Source: Nitrospiraceae bacterium (GTDB taxonomy: Bacteria > Nitrospirota > Nitrospiria > Nitrospirales > Nitrospiraceae). From it: a DNA stretch of 64,000 bases. The notes below the pieces were generated by a model. It was given only the letters and a program-made list of their open reading frames with translations. It ran no database searches and was not told the DNA's origin. This document shows positions 19,268-29,658 of the stretch, piece after piece. How positions within the stretch are numbered: the first letter of the stretch is position 1; each line of letters begins with the position of its first letter. The translations under genes and the position numbers were made by a program. The DNA lies in contig JBFWWG010000012.1 of assembly GCA_050246315.1 (NCBI GenBank), positions 32,001 through 96,000 of the forward strand, given 5' to 3'.

Positions 19268-20992
19268 TCACCGCGTAATGATGGCCGGCAGCTCCGGGAT
19301 CTCGCCCAAGAGGTAGCGTCCCAGCAGCCGCGCCTGTACTTCCAACACCCGCCGATAGCTGATCTGATAGCCGAACACCGGATGGGTCAACTCCTGTCCC
19401 ATTCGCCGCTCGTAGGTCTCGATTAACCGGCGGCGTCCCTCCGGCGTCAAGGTCACGGCCCCCATCCGCTCGATCCAGTCCGTCGTCCGGATCTCCCCGT
19501 TGTTGATGGCGGTCAACACAGCCGAATCCGCAATCAACGGCCGGAACTCTTCCATCATGTCGAGCGCCAAGGCCGGACGGCCGTAGCGCGGCTGGTGGTA
19601 GAACCCCAGATAAGGATCGAGTCCCACGCTCAGCAGCGTGACGGTCCACTCGCGCGCCAGCATCGAGTAGAGCAACGACAACATGGCGTTGACGGGATCG
19701 CGCGGCGGCCGGCGATTGCGTCCCTCAAAATCGAACCGCGCCCCCGGTTCGGCCTCCTTCAACATGCCGGCAAACTCTGAAAAGTACCGCCGGGCCGCCG
19801 TACCTTCCGTACCGAGTAGCGACTCCACCGATTCCGCTGAGCCGGCCTGCCTGTGATCATATTTCAACTCCTGAATCACCGTCTCCGGCGCAGCCCGGTG
19901 ATTGCGCCGGAGCAGCGTGCGGCAATTGGCAATCTTGGCCTGGACGAAGCGTCGCGCCAGTTGAAGACACCGTTCACGGTCCGCCGCGACCGCGTACTGC
20001 CGACGCCGCAGTTCCACATGTTTGTGCAGGAGGCCCGTCGTCATGCCGTAGAACCAGCCACCGCTCGAACAGTAAACCAGCGGAATTTCGCGTTTGCAGA
20101 GTTCCTGAATCGCTTGTGTACTGACTTGCACGGCTCCGTACAGGACCACTTGAGAGGTTTCCACCAGCCGCGCCTCGCCGATCACCTCGTCGTGATCTTT
20201 GATTCTGAGGCAATCCCCGTCCTTGGCCAACTTGGCGCCGGGGGTCTGCACATGCAGCGGCAGGGCATCATCGTTCGTGGGAACCAGTTTTCTGAGCGCC
20301 GGGGTTTCCCCTTCATGCGGCCCGCGCAGCCAGTCGATTTCGTCCGGCAAACAGAGCCCCACCAGCGAACAACGGGGACACTTGGGACTATCCACCAAGG
20401 GCGGCGGGGCTACGGATAAGGTCGTCATCGCCCGCATCTCCGCCAAGAGGTCCAGCGTTCGGGCAACGAAGGCCTCGTCAAACGGCACCTCGACCCGCTC
20501 GCGCGAACCGACGAAATAAAGCACACCCCGGTCGCAGCTATAGCCCTGTTCCCGCAGCAACAACCCCTGCACACAGAGCTGCACCCGCTCCGGCTCCCAC
20601 GCGCCCTGCGCCGTATGCGGGCGCTTGCCCCGCTTGTAATCCACCGGCACGACTGCGCGGGCCCCTTCCTCTTGTCCCGAGGAGATCGCCTCACCTTCCA
20701 CCAGGTCGATCTTCGCCGTCACCCCGAGCCGCTCCGAGGATAGCCAGACCGACCGCTGATGGATGGCCGTCTCAGCCGCCTCGTCCTCCGCCTGCTTCGC
20801 TTTTCGCGCCGGCGCCTGGTCCACGCGCCGATGATGGAACCGGCCCTCAACCGTCTCGGCGTTGTCGGCGAACTCCCCGTCCACCCATTCGAAGTAGGCC
20901 AGACGCGGACAATAGGTGAATTCGTTCACCATCCGGGCGGGGAGCAACGGAATGTCGCTCCCCGAGGATGGCCCTAGGGATTCGTTCTCCAT
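19268..20992 (-). CDS. cas1: Cas4-Cas1 fusion
   Basis: N-terminal YCPRL..., DYKRG, QL, CPRCSL..LC Fe-S Cas4; C-terminal [28 protein letters not shown] Cas1. Confidence 0.95.
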   Translation of the reverse strand: MENESLGPSSGSDIPLLPARMVNEFTYCPRLAYFEWVDGEFADNAETVEGRFHHRRVDQAPARKAKQAEDEAAETAIHQRSVWLSSERLGVTAKIDLVEGEAISSGQEEGARAVVPVDYKRGKRPHTAQGAWEPERVQLCVQGLLLREQGYSCDRGVLYFVGSRERVEVPFDEAFVARTLDLLAEMRAMTTLSVAPPPLVDSPKCPRCSLVGLCLPDEIDWLRGPHEGETPALRKLVPTNDDALPLHVQTPGAKLAKDGDCLRIKDHDEVIGEARLVETSQVVLYGAVQVSTQAIQELCKREIPLVYCSSGGWFYGMTTGLLHKHVELRRRQYAVAADRERCLQLARRFVQAKIANCRTLLRRNHRAAPETVIQELKYDHRQAGSAESVESLLGTEGTAARRYFSEFAGMLKEAEPGARFDFEGRNRRPPRDPVNAMLSLLYSMLAREWTVTLLSVGLDPYLGFYHQPRYGRPALALDMMEEFRPLIADSAVLTAINNGEIRTTDWIERMGAVTLTPEGRRRLIETYERRMGQELTHPVFGYQISYRRVLEVQARLLGRYLLGEIPELPAIITR

Positions 20993-21175
20993 ACTCCCTC
21001 TATCGGCGGGAGCGATGGAAATATTCAGATGTCAAAGAACAAAGGCGACCGAATGAGCCCCACCCGGTACCGGTCAGCCCCGGCCCCACAGGCTCGGGCA
21101 TGGCAACTCATGCCTCAACCTCATGCTCTACCTGCTCACGCGCCAGATGCCGAGGGTATCGCCCCCGACGATGTC

Positions 21176-21373
21176 TTACTTCACCCCAAGCTCACCCTTC
21201 GCACGGCTGAGGGGAACGGAGCGTTTCCGGCCTTCCGTCTTCTTCGCCTTGCGGAGTTGCAAAAGGTCTTCCATGTCCTCCAACCGTTCTTTTAAGGACA
21301 CGAACTCTTCATACGGCAGCACGGCAAACTGTTTTTTCCCGTCTTTGATCAGAATCTCAGGATGTAAGGTCAA
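21176..21373 (-). CDS. Phd/YefM-like antitoxin
   Basis: I..DGK..FAVLPYEEF..LKE.LEDMED; downstream of a RelE-like gene. Confidence 0.75.
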   Translation of the reverse strand: MTLHPEILIKDGKKQFAVLPYEEFVSLKERLEDMEDLLQLRKAKKTEGRKRSVPLSRAKGELGVK

Positions 21374-21393
21374 GATCGACTTCTTCTCAAGCC

Positions 21394-21641
21394 TTAACGA
21401 TAGGCCTTATCTCGTGACAACACGCGAAAGATTATCACCCGGTGCCTGCAACCTCAAAAAGCACACGGTAGTCCCCCACCCGCAATCGGTATTCCGGCGT
21501 GAAGTGAGTGAGGCGTTTCACATCGCCGGCAAGGTCGATCTCCAGCGCCTCCACCTTCGCGACGACCCTTTCGCACTCACGCAAGGTCAGGGTTTTCAGA
21601 TCCTTGATCGCCCTTGGCTTGAATTCAATGTTGTATTGCAT
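21394..21641 (-). pseudogene. RelE/ParE toxin with a 1-nt deletion near the 3' end
   Basis: YRLRVGDYRVLFEV.. stops early at 21435; the shifted frame gives VIIFRVLSRDKAYR*, a typical RelE C-terminus. Confidence 0.75.
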
Positions 21642-21737
21642 TCATGCTCCAACCGTCCCGGACGAATAGGGAAGCGGAAACCGTACGTGTCATAGCTTGC
21701 GCCTCACACGCACAGGTTACGATCTTCACCTGAGCCC

Positions 21738-21815
21738 TTACGCGCTCCGCTCGCCCCCACGACCATCCACCGGCATAAATTGCCCGAGGCCGAAGTGGCA
21801 GCCGTAGCCGAGGGA
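21738..21815 (-). pseudogene. Relic 3' end of an older csb2 gene
   Basis: Reads SLGYGCHFGLGQFMPVDGRGGERSA*, matching the Cas6-type Gly-rich C-terminal loop of Csb2. Confidence 0.7.
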
Positions 21816-21826
21816 GCAAGGTATAT

Positions 21827-22789
21827 TCACACTGGTATTCCCATTGTGAAGTTGCGAAACCTGCCTTGGGTAATTCGCTCGCAGCGATAGATTTCCTTGA
21901 TCCCCATCGCCTCGAGCTGGCGTCTATTAGGGCACTCTGCCCGTAGTTCATCTAATGCCAACAGAGAACGTACAACGTCTACACTGACCTCACCCTCCCA
22001 GATAGGCCAGGTCCAGAACACACCGATATCTTTGCGTCTGATAAAGCCGGTGGTTTCAAGTCGATTCCCAATCGGTGCTGTCGGCAATAGCGCTATACCT
22101 TCGATCGCGAGCCGGTTGGCACCCCAGACGCTACCTTGAACCTTACGCGCAGGGTCTCCACTAGGCTCACTCCAGCGCAGTGCACGACGTACATCGTCAC
22201 GAGGATCCCAACGCATAGTGTGTTTCTCCATAGGATCATCATAACGCCAGGGTTCCATCAGCGCTTTGCACAAATGTTCTGATTGGCTGTCCTGAGCCAA
22301 TTGCCGCATGGTTCCAAGAAAGTGCTGGTGCCCAGACCCACTCATAGTGCGCAATGCTGTATCCGCAACAATCTTGGGGTCGGTCATGTTCCTTATGGCT
22401 TCACTGCCAAATGCCGCCAGAAAATCAGCAAGGCGCCTTTCGCTGTTGGTGCCCGTCTTCTGCGCTTTTACGGCTTCCTTGCGAAAGTCCTCAATCTTTA
22501 TCGTGAGGTTGTCAGCCAGCTCAAAAGCTTCATGCTTCGGCTCTCGTCTCAGTTCTTGCATCAGTTGGGCAAAAAGATCGATCTTCTCATCAAAATCCAC
22601 GGTCAGCTCTGGCCGCCAACCACCCTCGTCTCGTTTCCAGGTCATGCGACAGCGATAGCATCGCCACGCCAGCGTTGCCGTTCTCAATGTTCCTATCGCG
22701 GCGAGAAAGGCGAGCGGATTGCTGCCATCCAGTCCTTTCAATAACCAACGGTTCTTCATACGCCACCTTGAGGGACGGTTTAATTTCAT
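21827..22789 (-). CDS. Type I-G short large-subunit-like protein (Cas8g/Csb3-type)
   Basis: ATGA-coupled to cas3; N-terminal GLDGSNPLAFLAAIG.LR, later RWDP, GANRLAIEG, F.WPIW, resembling Cas8g-family motifs. Confidence 0.7.
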   Translation of the reverse strand: MKLNRPSRWRMKNRWLLKGLDGSNPLAFLAAIGTLRTATLAWRCYRCRMTWKRDEGGWRPELTVDFDEKIDLFAQLMQELRREPKHEAFELADNLTIKIEDFRKEAVKAQKTGTNSERRLADFLAAFGSEAIRNMTDPKIVADTALRTMSGSGHQHFLGTMRQLAQDSQSEHLCKALMEPWRYDDPMEKHTMRWDPRDDVRRALRWSEPSGDPARKVQGSVWGANRLAIEGIALLPTAPIGNRLETTGFIRRKDIGVFWTWPIWEGEVSVDVVRSLLALDELRAECPNRRQLEAMGIKEIYRCERITQGRFRNFTMGIPV

Positions 22790-25700
22790 TGTTCAGCTTC
22801 ACTGCGGCGATGGTCTGCCAGCCGCATGATCGCTTCAAGCCATGCGAGTCCCCACCAGCCGTATCGTCGCGTGAGCGCCCAAAATCGCTCAGCCACTCCA
22901 GAATCCAGAAATTCAAGACCCGTCGCGCTGGAATGGATCAACTGGCGACCTTGAAACTTCACGGCCACATCCATTGGGATGTCATCAATCACGACGGGCG
23001 CAAAAGGCCTGCAATAACCATGATGACTGCCAACCAAATGCAGCACCAACATCGGAAGATACTCATCATCTCGTGGCAACAGGTCAGCGGCTTGTTCGAG
23101 AAAACGCACAGAAAGCAATTCGTGTCGGCCGCCGTTAGGGTAGCCGGCACGCCGCCTGGCCTTTTCGCTGGCATGTCTTCCTTGAGGCATATCCGAGGAC
23201 TTTGCGAGCAAATCACTCCCTACCCAAGGATTGCCGCCCCTGAGCCACGCCTGAAAACGCGGGTCGGCCTTGCCGAGATCGTGCGCCCGAGCCGCCAACT
23301 CCACTGCGTTTACCAACGGCTTTGATAAACCGCACCCTTCCGCAAAATGACGAGCAAACTCCGCTACTCCGTCGAGATGCGCCGCAAGCCCTACGCGACA
23401 AGTACCAGAAGCAGTGGCATCGTCCTCATCCGAAAAAGCATCGGTCTCGCCTGGGCGTGCGGAGAGCCTCTTGCTACCCCGTACCACCAACCCACCCATT
23501 GGGTGCAACATAAGACCATGTGCAAGCTTCTTATCACTAGCGAGGCTTAATGCGATCTCCCTGAGCCATTCTGGAGCAACCGCATCGCCTCCCATATTCG
23601 AAAATGCTGCTCTAAGATCATCAGCCAATAACTCCGGATCTGCCTCAAGACGATTCGCTGCCTCCGCAGCAAGGCGACGTAGTCGTTCCGTGGATGATGT
23701 TTCAGGGAAGATGGACATGACCTCCGGGTGTAACCGAAGCATTGCCTTTGCTCGCGCAATGCGATGCGCGCGATCGCCCCAATCCAACACGGGTTGTCCG
23801 TTCGGTCCCGCGGGTAGACCACCAAGAACATCCCAGCCACCCGCCTCTGCGGGAATGACCACGACATCACCGGGGCAAATTTCTTGTGGATCGGAGATGA
23901 CCCGTGAGTCCTTCCGTCCGCGCCAACGAACGACACAAGAAGTGCTTAACGCCGTGTCAGACTCCGCGACGAAATCTCTGCTCGCTCCTTCCACATCGGT
24001 ATCGTTGCTACCGGCAGCTCTGTCTCCCATGAGCCAGTTGCGTAAAGTGACGATCGTAACAGGCAGGCACTCCATCGCGGCGGGAGGGCAAAGAGCGAGT
24101 GTTTCGAGCCAGTCTTCCTCGCCACCAACACGAAGATCGGCCCGCCAGCACACCTGCACATCAGCCGAGGCTCGTTCCGGGCCGTGCAAGAAGACAGCGA
24201 CGTCCGGTGTAGGTGTTGGCTCCGGGGCCGTCTGCGCCCAGCAGTCAACATGGGAAGGAAGTATCACCGGGGCATGCGCAGCGGGAGCGACAAGTTTCGC
24301 CAATTTCGCTCCGCTCGGCAGCCTCCCGGCTAATGCCATGATGCCCATGCTAAGCACCTTAGCTTTCCCCCCTTGCTCGTTCAGCCATTTCCATGTCTCG
24401 GTAAGTGCCGGTCCATACACCGGATCATCTTCACTCTTCTCGGTTTGATCGGCCCGGATAAGAATCGCAGCCTTGGCGCCACGAGGATGACCGGCCTCGT
24501 CCCTTCCATCGATTGTTCGCCCCATTCGGTTGAGTCGCCCAAAGCGCTGTCGCAGCGCATCAAGACTGGCACACTCGGTCACCAATACGTCGAAATCCAA
24601 ATTGGCGCCAACTTCCAACGTCTGGGTGGTAACGACGAACAGAGGACCAGCAAGCTGTCGCTCTTTTGAATGTTCAGCGGAGAGAGCTTCCAGCCGTGCT
24701 GCTACCGTATCGTCCTTGTCAATCGCTCGCATCCGTCCAGTGAGCAACACCGCTGCCTGACCGTAATTCTTCGTGAGCAACCTGTGGATATGGCGTGCGG
24801 TGGCTACGCGGTTAGCGAATATCACCGCGGCAACCGCCCGTCCTGCAACCAGGTCCTCGGCTTTTATTGCTAACGCAGCAGCAAGCATTTCCTCAGCGTT
24901 CGCGCGGAGTTCGACAAGCTGCTTGCGCAGGCGTCTTTGTGCATTGCTGCCCTTGGCCTCTTTCAGTTGTTTGAGCGTATCTTTGACTCCCCAAGCAAGT
25001 TTCTTATCTTTTTCAGTTGGCTGTATAAGCTCAGTGGGCTTCTCCGCAAGTTGTCTGTCACCGAGCCGATGACCAGCGGTCTTCGGCTCCTCGGAGTTGT
25101 CCCTGAACACATCCGACAGCCCATCCGGCGGCGTGGCGCTCATGATGACGATATGAAATGGCGCCTTCGGTACGGCATCGCCCCAAAGGCGATACTTTTT
25201 TACTGCCTGCAAGGTCTCCAGAAAGGGTTGAGCACAATGGGCTTCGTCGAGCAACACCAACGCATCGTTACCGGCCATGCCTGCTTGTATGGGCCACGCA
25301 CGGTGGGAGCGACCGTAGGCCCGGAACAGCAGGCGCGAGCCCAGTTGATCCACTGTGCTGGCAATCACTGCCGGTTGGATAGGTGAATGTGCCCATGCAT
25401 CGGAACGATACATGCCGCCGCGTAACTGAAAACAAGCTAAGGGTTCTTCGCCACCCGAAAGTCGGCGCAGTTGGTTGGCTACGCTGTACAGAATGCCCTT
25501 GGTTGCTCCCCGCAACCTGTCGGCGATCTTGCGGGCGCGCTCATAGGCTTCATCAACGATCACACGGCGATCCACGACAAAAAAGATGCGCCGCGGAGCG
25601 GTCAACGATTGATCCGGTGCCAACATGTCCGCCTGTGCCGCCAAAGCGAAGACGGCGATGTCGATGCAGACCGTCTTGCCAGAGGCGGTTGGCAGTGCGA

Positions 25701-25836
25701 TTGCGTCAGGCCAAGGCCTCGATGTATTCGACAATACCCTTTCAGCCAGGTCTCTCTGCCACTGAAACGGAACATGTCCATGTCCCCAAAGCGCTGTGAA
25801 GAAGTCGCTGAAGTCTGCGGCATTCAATTCAGGCAT
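22786..25836 (-). CDS. cas3: Type I-G Cas3 (helicase with C-terminal HD nuclease)
   Basis: PTASGKT, VDRR.IVD, STVDQ.GSRLLFR, DEAH, TQT.EVG, QRFGRLNR; HL...HDLGKAD and HH near the C-terminus. Confidence 0.95.
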   Translation of the reverse strand: MPELNAADFSDFFTALWGHGHVPFQWQRDLAERVLSNTSRPWPDAIALPTASGKTVCIDIAVFALAAQADMLAPDQSLTAPRRIFFVVDRRVIVDEAYERARKIADRLRGATKGILYSVANQLRRLSGGEEPLACFQLRGGMYRSDAWAHSPIQPAVIASTVDQLGSRLLFRAYGRSHRAWPIQAGMAGNDALVLLDEAHCAQPFLETLQAVKKYRLWGDAVPKAPFHIVIMSATPPDGLSDVFRDNSEEPKTAGHRLGDRQLAEKPTELIQPTEKDKKLAWGVKDTLKQLKEAKGSNAQRRLRKQLVELRANAEEMLAAALAIKAEDLVAGRAVAAVIFANRVATARHIHRLLTKNYGQAAVLLTGRMRAIDKDDTVAARLEALSAEHSKERQLAGPLFVVTTQTLEVGANLDFDVLVTECASLDALRQRFGRLNRMGRTIDGRDEAGHPRGAKAAILIRADQTEKSEDDPVYGPALTETWKWLNEQGGKAKVLSMGIMALAGRLPSGAKLAKLVAPAAHAPVILPSHVDCWAQTAPEPTPTPDVAVFLHGPERASADVQVCWRADLRVGGEEDWLETLALCPPAAMECLPVTIVTLRNWLMGDRAAGSNDTDVEGASRDFVAESDTALSTSCVVRWRGRKDSRVISDPQEICPGDVVVIPAEAGGWDVLGGLPAGPNGQPVLDWGDRAHRIARAKAMLRLHPEVMSIFPETSSTERLRRLAAEAANRLEADPELLADDLRAAFSNMGGDAVAPEWLREIALSLASDKKLAHGLMLHPMGGLVVRGSKRLSARPGETDAFSDEDDATASGTCRVGLAAHLDGVAEFARHFAEGCGLSKPLVNAVELAARAHDLGKADPRFQAWLRGGNPWVGSDLLAKSSDMPQGRHASEKARRRAGYPNGGRHELLSVRFLEQAADLLPRDDEYLPMLVLHLVGSHHGYCRPFAPVVIDDIPMDVAVKFQGRQLIHSSATGLEFLDSGVAERFWALTRRYGWWGLAWLEAIMRLADHRRSEAEQ

Positions 25837-27427
25837 GATCTCTGTCTCCCTGCGAAAGGGGCCGGCAGAGACCATAGCCACGATACCGCCCGGCGCCCAC
25901 CAACACAGGACCCTCAACGTCTTCTCCGAAATCGATCACAGCATGAGCATGGGACATACGCCCACCATCCTTCTTGCGGATCAAATAAGGGAACTCGTTA
26001 CTTCTCGGAACACCCTCAAACATTGATACCGGATGCAATAAGACTTCCTGTGGACGAGGCAGACCAATACGTTTGCATGCGTCCTTGACGCTCTCCGCCG
26101 TATGCTCCCATTTATCTTTGCCATTGAAATGACGATCCAACACCACTGGCGTGACACTGGCCCATACGCGCGCCGGGCCTGTCCATGTCTCTTGCCTCAG
26201 GCTCCACGGTGGTGATTCTCGGGTATCCAGCTCCACACCACACTCGAACCATTGTCCATCGAAAAGACGGTGGCGCTTGGGGAGTTCGTATTCATCACGT
26301 AACCAATGTCCCAGAACACGTGCTGGTTCGTCCTGTGAAACCGCTCGCGGCAATGTCAGAGCTACACCCAGCAGCCGACCATCGGCGTGTTCCCTTCCGA
26401 CAAATGGTAGAGGCACCAAAGCCAAGTGGGGTTTCTCGCTGCGTCCACCACCAGATGCATGACCGCACAGCCATTCCGGCAGAGGCTGTGAAGCGCCGGC
26501 CATCAATGCTCCACGCAACGCTTCGGTAAGCCTGAGAGTAGCCGGAAGCGACAATCGCGGACCAGAAAGACTCAACACCACCAGGCGAGGATCGAAGATG
26601 CTGCCGCGAATCGTTTTCCCAGGCTCTATAAATGGTTTGTTGTACCCCGTGTAATGCCACGAATTCGGTCGCAACCGATCGATGATGCCATGGAGATAGT
26701 TCTCCCGCCTTTTCTTGAGGTCGTTTCTCCGCTTACCATGGGCCGCTTGCTCCAGCGCCCATAAATCGTCAACTACCGCGATGTGTGCCTCACGCCCACA
26801 CGTTCTGATTAAATAGTCGAGCCGCCCCGGCCCAAAGATGCGCAAGCGATGGCGGGTCACACCCTCGCGCTCGACAAGAGTGGGTGCTGGTGGGGAGTCG
26901 GTCAACCACATCTGCACCAGTGAAGCGGGATGACCGATGGAGACCACCTTCCCGCAAAGGCGGGCAAGCGGTTCGCGGTAAATTTCTGGAATGTCGTCGT
27001 TCCATATCAGATGAACGACTGGGTCATGAGGGATGGCGACTGGGAAAGAACGCTCCTGCCTGGGACGGAACTCTACAGCCACTGTCAGACCGGCCTCCTT
27101 CAAATCCTTGAGGGAAGGTTGCGGATCAGCAAGCACTGAAGCGAGTTTCTTCGATCCGGCCAGTTCCGAGTCGTTCGCTGGCACGTAACTAGTAACCACC
27201 TCTCGAAACTCAGCCTCCGAAGCTGCAATCCCCGGTGGGTTAAGTCGTTCCAACCAGCGAAGGATTTCTCCTTCGGCGGCGTCCTGGTCTGTTTCAAACC
27301 ACGCCGCCGTAAGCGCCATAAATACCCGATCCGGATGGGGTGGCCATTCGGCGCGCTCTTTCTTTGGTCCATCTGCCGCCGCCATCACCCACCCATTCAA
27401 AAAGTGGATGCCGAGACCAAACATCAT
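25829..27427 (-). CDS. csb2: Type I-G Cas5/Cas6 fusion Csb2
   Basis: EWPPHPDRVF.AL, W.SVTP, C-terminal GP..VGAGRYRGYGLCRP. Confidence 0.92.
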   Translation of the reverse strand: MMFGLGIHFLNGWVMAAADGPKKERAEWPPHPDRVFMALTAAWFETDQDAAEGEILRWLERLNPPGIAASEAEFREVVTSYVPANDSELAGSKKLASVLADPQPSLKDLKEAGLTVAVEFRPRQERSFPVAIPHDPVVHLIWNDDIPEIYREPLARLCGKVVSIGHPASLVQMWLTDSPPAPTLVEREGVTRHRLRIFGPGRLDYLIRTCGREAHIAVVDDLWALEQAAHGKRRNDLKKRRENYLHGIIDRLRPNSWHYTGYNKPFIEPGKTIRGSIFDPRLVVLSLSGPRLSLPATLRLTEALRGALMAGASQPLPEWLCGHASGGGRSEKPHLALVPLPFVGREHADGRLLGVALTLPRAVSQDEPARVLGHWLRDEYELPKRHRLFDGQWFECGVELDTRESPPWSLRQETWTGPARVWASVTPVVLDRHFNGKDKWEHTAESVKDACKRIGLPRPQEVLLHPVSMFEGVPRSNEFPYLIRKKDGGRMSHAHAVIDFGEDVEGPVLVGAGRYRGYGLCRPLSQGDRDHA

Positions 27428-28737
27428 TCGTCTCCTTCTTCACCCTCTGCAGCAATTTCGTGACTCCGGCGTACCAACTGGAGCAGGTCGTCGGAGGGAG
27501 CAAGTTGGATGACATTCCTTTCCCACGGCAATCCCAACTGTACTGCCTCGTCCACAGCCTCATTGAAGAGCACTACTGCATTATCGGCTGTAAGATCGAA
27601 CGGTGTCTCCCGGCCGGGTCCGCTCAGAAGATTCCACTCAAATGGTCCATCAGGAACAAGTTGGCAACGGGATCGTAGATCCGAACCTTCCTCGCGCGCC
27701 AGCGTGGCTGCACAGATGCCAAGAGCGGCCAGCACCGTGCGTGCCGCCTTGTCTACCATGGTCTGTTCTTCAGCATTCTTGCCTTGGAGAGGAAATCGCA
27801 GTCGTCGCAGTGCTGTCAGTGATAGCACAGTGGTCTGGCTAGCTTTGTCGATTGTGAAACCACCTCTGATGCGTGGTTCTCCATTTTTCTCCCGAATAAT
27901 GTTGTTTCTGTTGTCTTTAGCATAGGCAAAATCTGGCGTTACACCGCCAAGATTGGCTTCAGATGGCTTGCCCTCCTTGCCAATCTTCAGTCTCTTCCCA
28001 TCCCTTTCACGAGCATCGGACTCGTTCAGAGTCCAATGGGGAAGAGAGTCAGATTTTTTCTGGCGCTGAAGGAGCGGCCCCGCACTTCTCAGAATATTCA
28101 GGTGATCGACCTTGCCACCGGTCGTGATCCCCGGCTGAGCATTGATGCCTACAATCTCCGATACGAGTGCCCGTTGGAACTTCGCGCCTAGACCACCGCG
28201 CGGTCCTGCAGAGTCCCATAGCCCAAACAGTAACGCTGTTGGGCAGAGACCAAAGAGCCCGGTTGCATTTCGAAGATCAGCCACATCCAAAACTCTGCCT
28301 TTACTCGACCTGCGAAACAGCACCGCCTGGCCAGCTTCCTCATGGAGGCTGTCGCGAAACAGGGCGTCTGCAACACGGTGAGGAGCGTCAAGACTCGTTA
28401 CCTTGATAGTCTTCGGCACTCCCCTCACTTCGAACTCGAACTTCACCTGCACTATCGGAAGTGAATGGGGTCCGAAACGTTTCGCTTCCCATGCATCCAG
28501 CAGCGCCGACTCCATTCGGTTGGCCTGGGATTGCACCGAATCCAACAGTACGCAGTCCACAACCTTGCTGTCCTTCATCACTCGTTTCTCGGTCGCATAC
28601 TTTCCACCTTCGTAAGTCGGCGGGAATACCTTGTCCCCAGGCCCACCGGCGGGCTGATACTCGGTTACGCATCGCAACGCTGCGGCTGAACCACCCACTG
28701 CTTGTTTCACTTTCTCCAATGTCAGCGTCTCACTCAT
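27424..28737 (-). CDS. csb1: Type I-G Cas7 backbone Csb1
   Basis: QPAGG.GDKVFPPTY, DSVQSQANRME, PHR.ADA, PTALLFG.WDS, LRRLRF, LRSRC.L. Confidence 0.93.
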   Translation of the reverse strand: MSETLTLEKVKQAVGGSAAALRCVTEYQPAGGPGDKVFPPTYEGGKYATEKRVMKDSKVVDCVLLDSVQSQANRMESALLDAWEAKRFGPHSLPIVQVKFEFEVRGVPKTIKVTSLDAPHRVADALFRDSLHEEAGQAVLFRRSSKGRVLDVADLRNATGLFGLCPTALLFGLWDSAGPRGGLGAKFQRALVSEIVGINAQPGITTGGKVDHLNILRSAGPLLQRQKKSDSLPHWTLNESDARERDGKRLKIGKEGKPSEANLGGVTPDFAYAKDNRNNIIREKNGEPRIRGGFTIDKASQTTVLSLTALRRLRFPLQGKNAEEQTMVDKAARTVLAALGICAATLAREEGSDLRSRCQLVPDGPFEWNLLSGPGRETPFDLTADNAVVLFNEAVDEAVQLGLPWERNVIQLAPSDDLLQLVRRSHEIAAEGEEGDE

Positions 28738-28790
28738 GGACAGCTCCTCCTTTGTTTACACTCTTCTTCTCAATCCAGAATTTTCCTGAA

Positions 28791-28952
28791 CTACACCCAT
28801 CCCAGCACCGCCATCGCGGTTTTGCCAAGACCTGTCGGCACATCCACCAACGATGGTAAGATTCGCTCGCAGGCGAAGCGGACCTGGAATGGATACGGGA
28901 CATATCCCGTCGCCTGCTTGAACCATTCAGAGAATTGTCGCTCCTGACTCAT
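28791..28952 (-). pseudogene. Relic 5' stub of an older cas3 (53 aa)
   Basis: MSQERQFSEWFKQATGYVPYPFQVRFACERILPSLVDVPTGLGKTAMAVLGWV* contains the helicase Q-motif and Walker A typical of I-G Cas3 N-termini. Confidence 0.75.
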
Positions 28953-29103
28953 CTGGCTTTCCCCCTGTCACTCTTTACTCTCTCCTGTTCCGACTCCCAC
29001 TCCCCATCCAGCGGCGTATACGGTATCCGTTGTAAAGGACCTCTCACGAACTGAGCACGATCGGGACATTCCGTAGACTGAATTCCACATGGAGGATATT
29101 TCA

Positions 29104-29216
29104 ATGGGTGTCTCTCAAATTCTGCAAAGGACCAAATTCTGATTCCTCGACCACTCCGACGCATACTCGGGTTCAAAGCCGGGGGCAAGGTGCCGTTGAT
29201 CGAGGAGGCGAGTTAA
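29104..29216 (+). pseudogene. Decayed AbrB/MazE/SpoVT-type antitoxin
   Basis: GGAGG RBS; with frameshift repair it reads MGVSQI(S)AK(G)QILIPRPLRRILGFKAGGKVPLIEE. Confidence 0.55.
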
Positions 29217-29440
29217 CGTCCCGAGCAGGCATACGCCATTTTCCTGAATGATTCAATACGCAGAGGATGGACAAACGGTCCTATTGGACCCGCCTCCAAT
29301 CAGCACCGGTGGCTCGTTCGGCGAGTGGCCTGGTCTTCGCCTGCTCCTCCTGAGATGCCGACCTGCCGGCCGGCGGCGTTGACGGAAGGCCTGGATGAGA
29401 CCGGCTTTGTCTTTCCCTGCCGGTGCTGTACAATCCGCGC

Positions 29441-29650
29441 ATGGCTTTCGATCCGGACAATCCGCCCATCTGGCTGCGCAAGCTCCACGTGACCGCGGTG
29501 CAGATCAACCCGACGGACTATCCGACATCGCCCATCGATGGCCTCCTGGCCGTCTGTCGTCTTTCCGATGCCCAGTACCATTGGATAAGGGCGATGCGCC
29601 GCGCCACCACCGAAGCCGATGGCGCCGCATCGCCCTCTTCTCACAGCTAG
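29441..29650 (+). CDS. Small hypothetical protein, likely partner of the downstream nucleotidyltransferase
   Basis: ORF MAFDPDNPPIW... ends 8 nt before the NTase start. Confidence 0.45.
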   Translation: MAFDPDNPPIWLRKLHVTAVQINPTDYPTSPIDGLLAVCRLSDAQYHWIRAMRRATTEADGAASPSSHS

Positions 29651-29658
29651 TTCGAACC

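Noticed and set aside
21127..21175. Short - strand peptide DIVGGDTLGIWRVSR* between the antitoxin and cas4-cas1
   Set aside because: Too short to identify
29095..29205. TTCAATGGG and TGCCGTTGATC resembling pieces of the CRISPR repeat (possible mini-array)
   Set aside because: The matches are short and better explained as a decayed AbrB-type reading frame with its RBS
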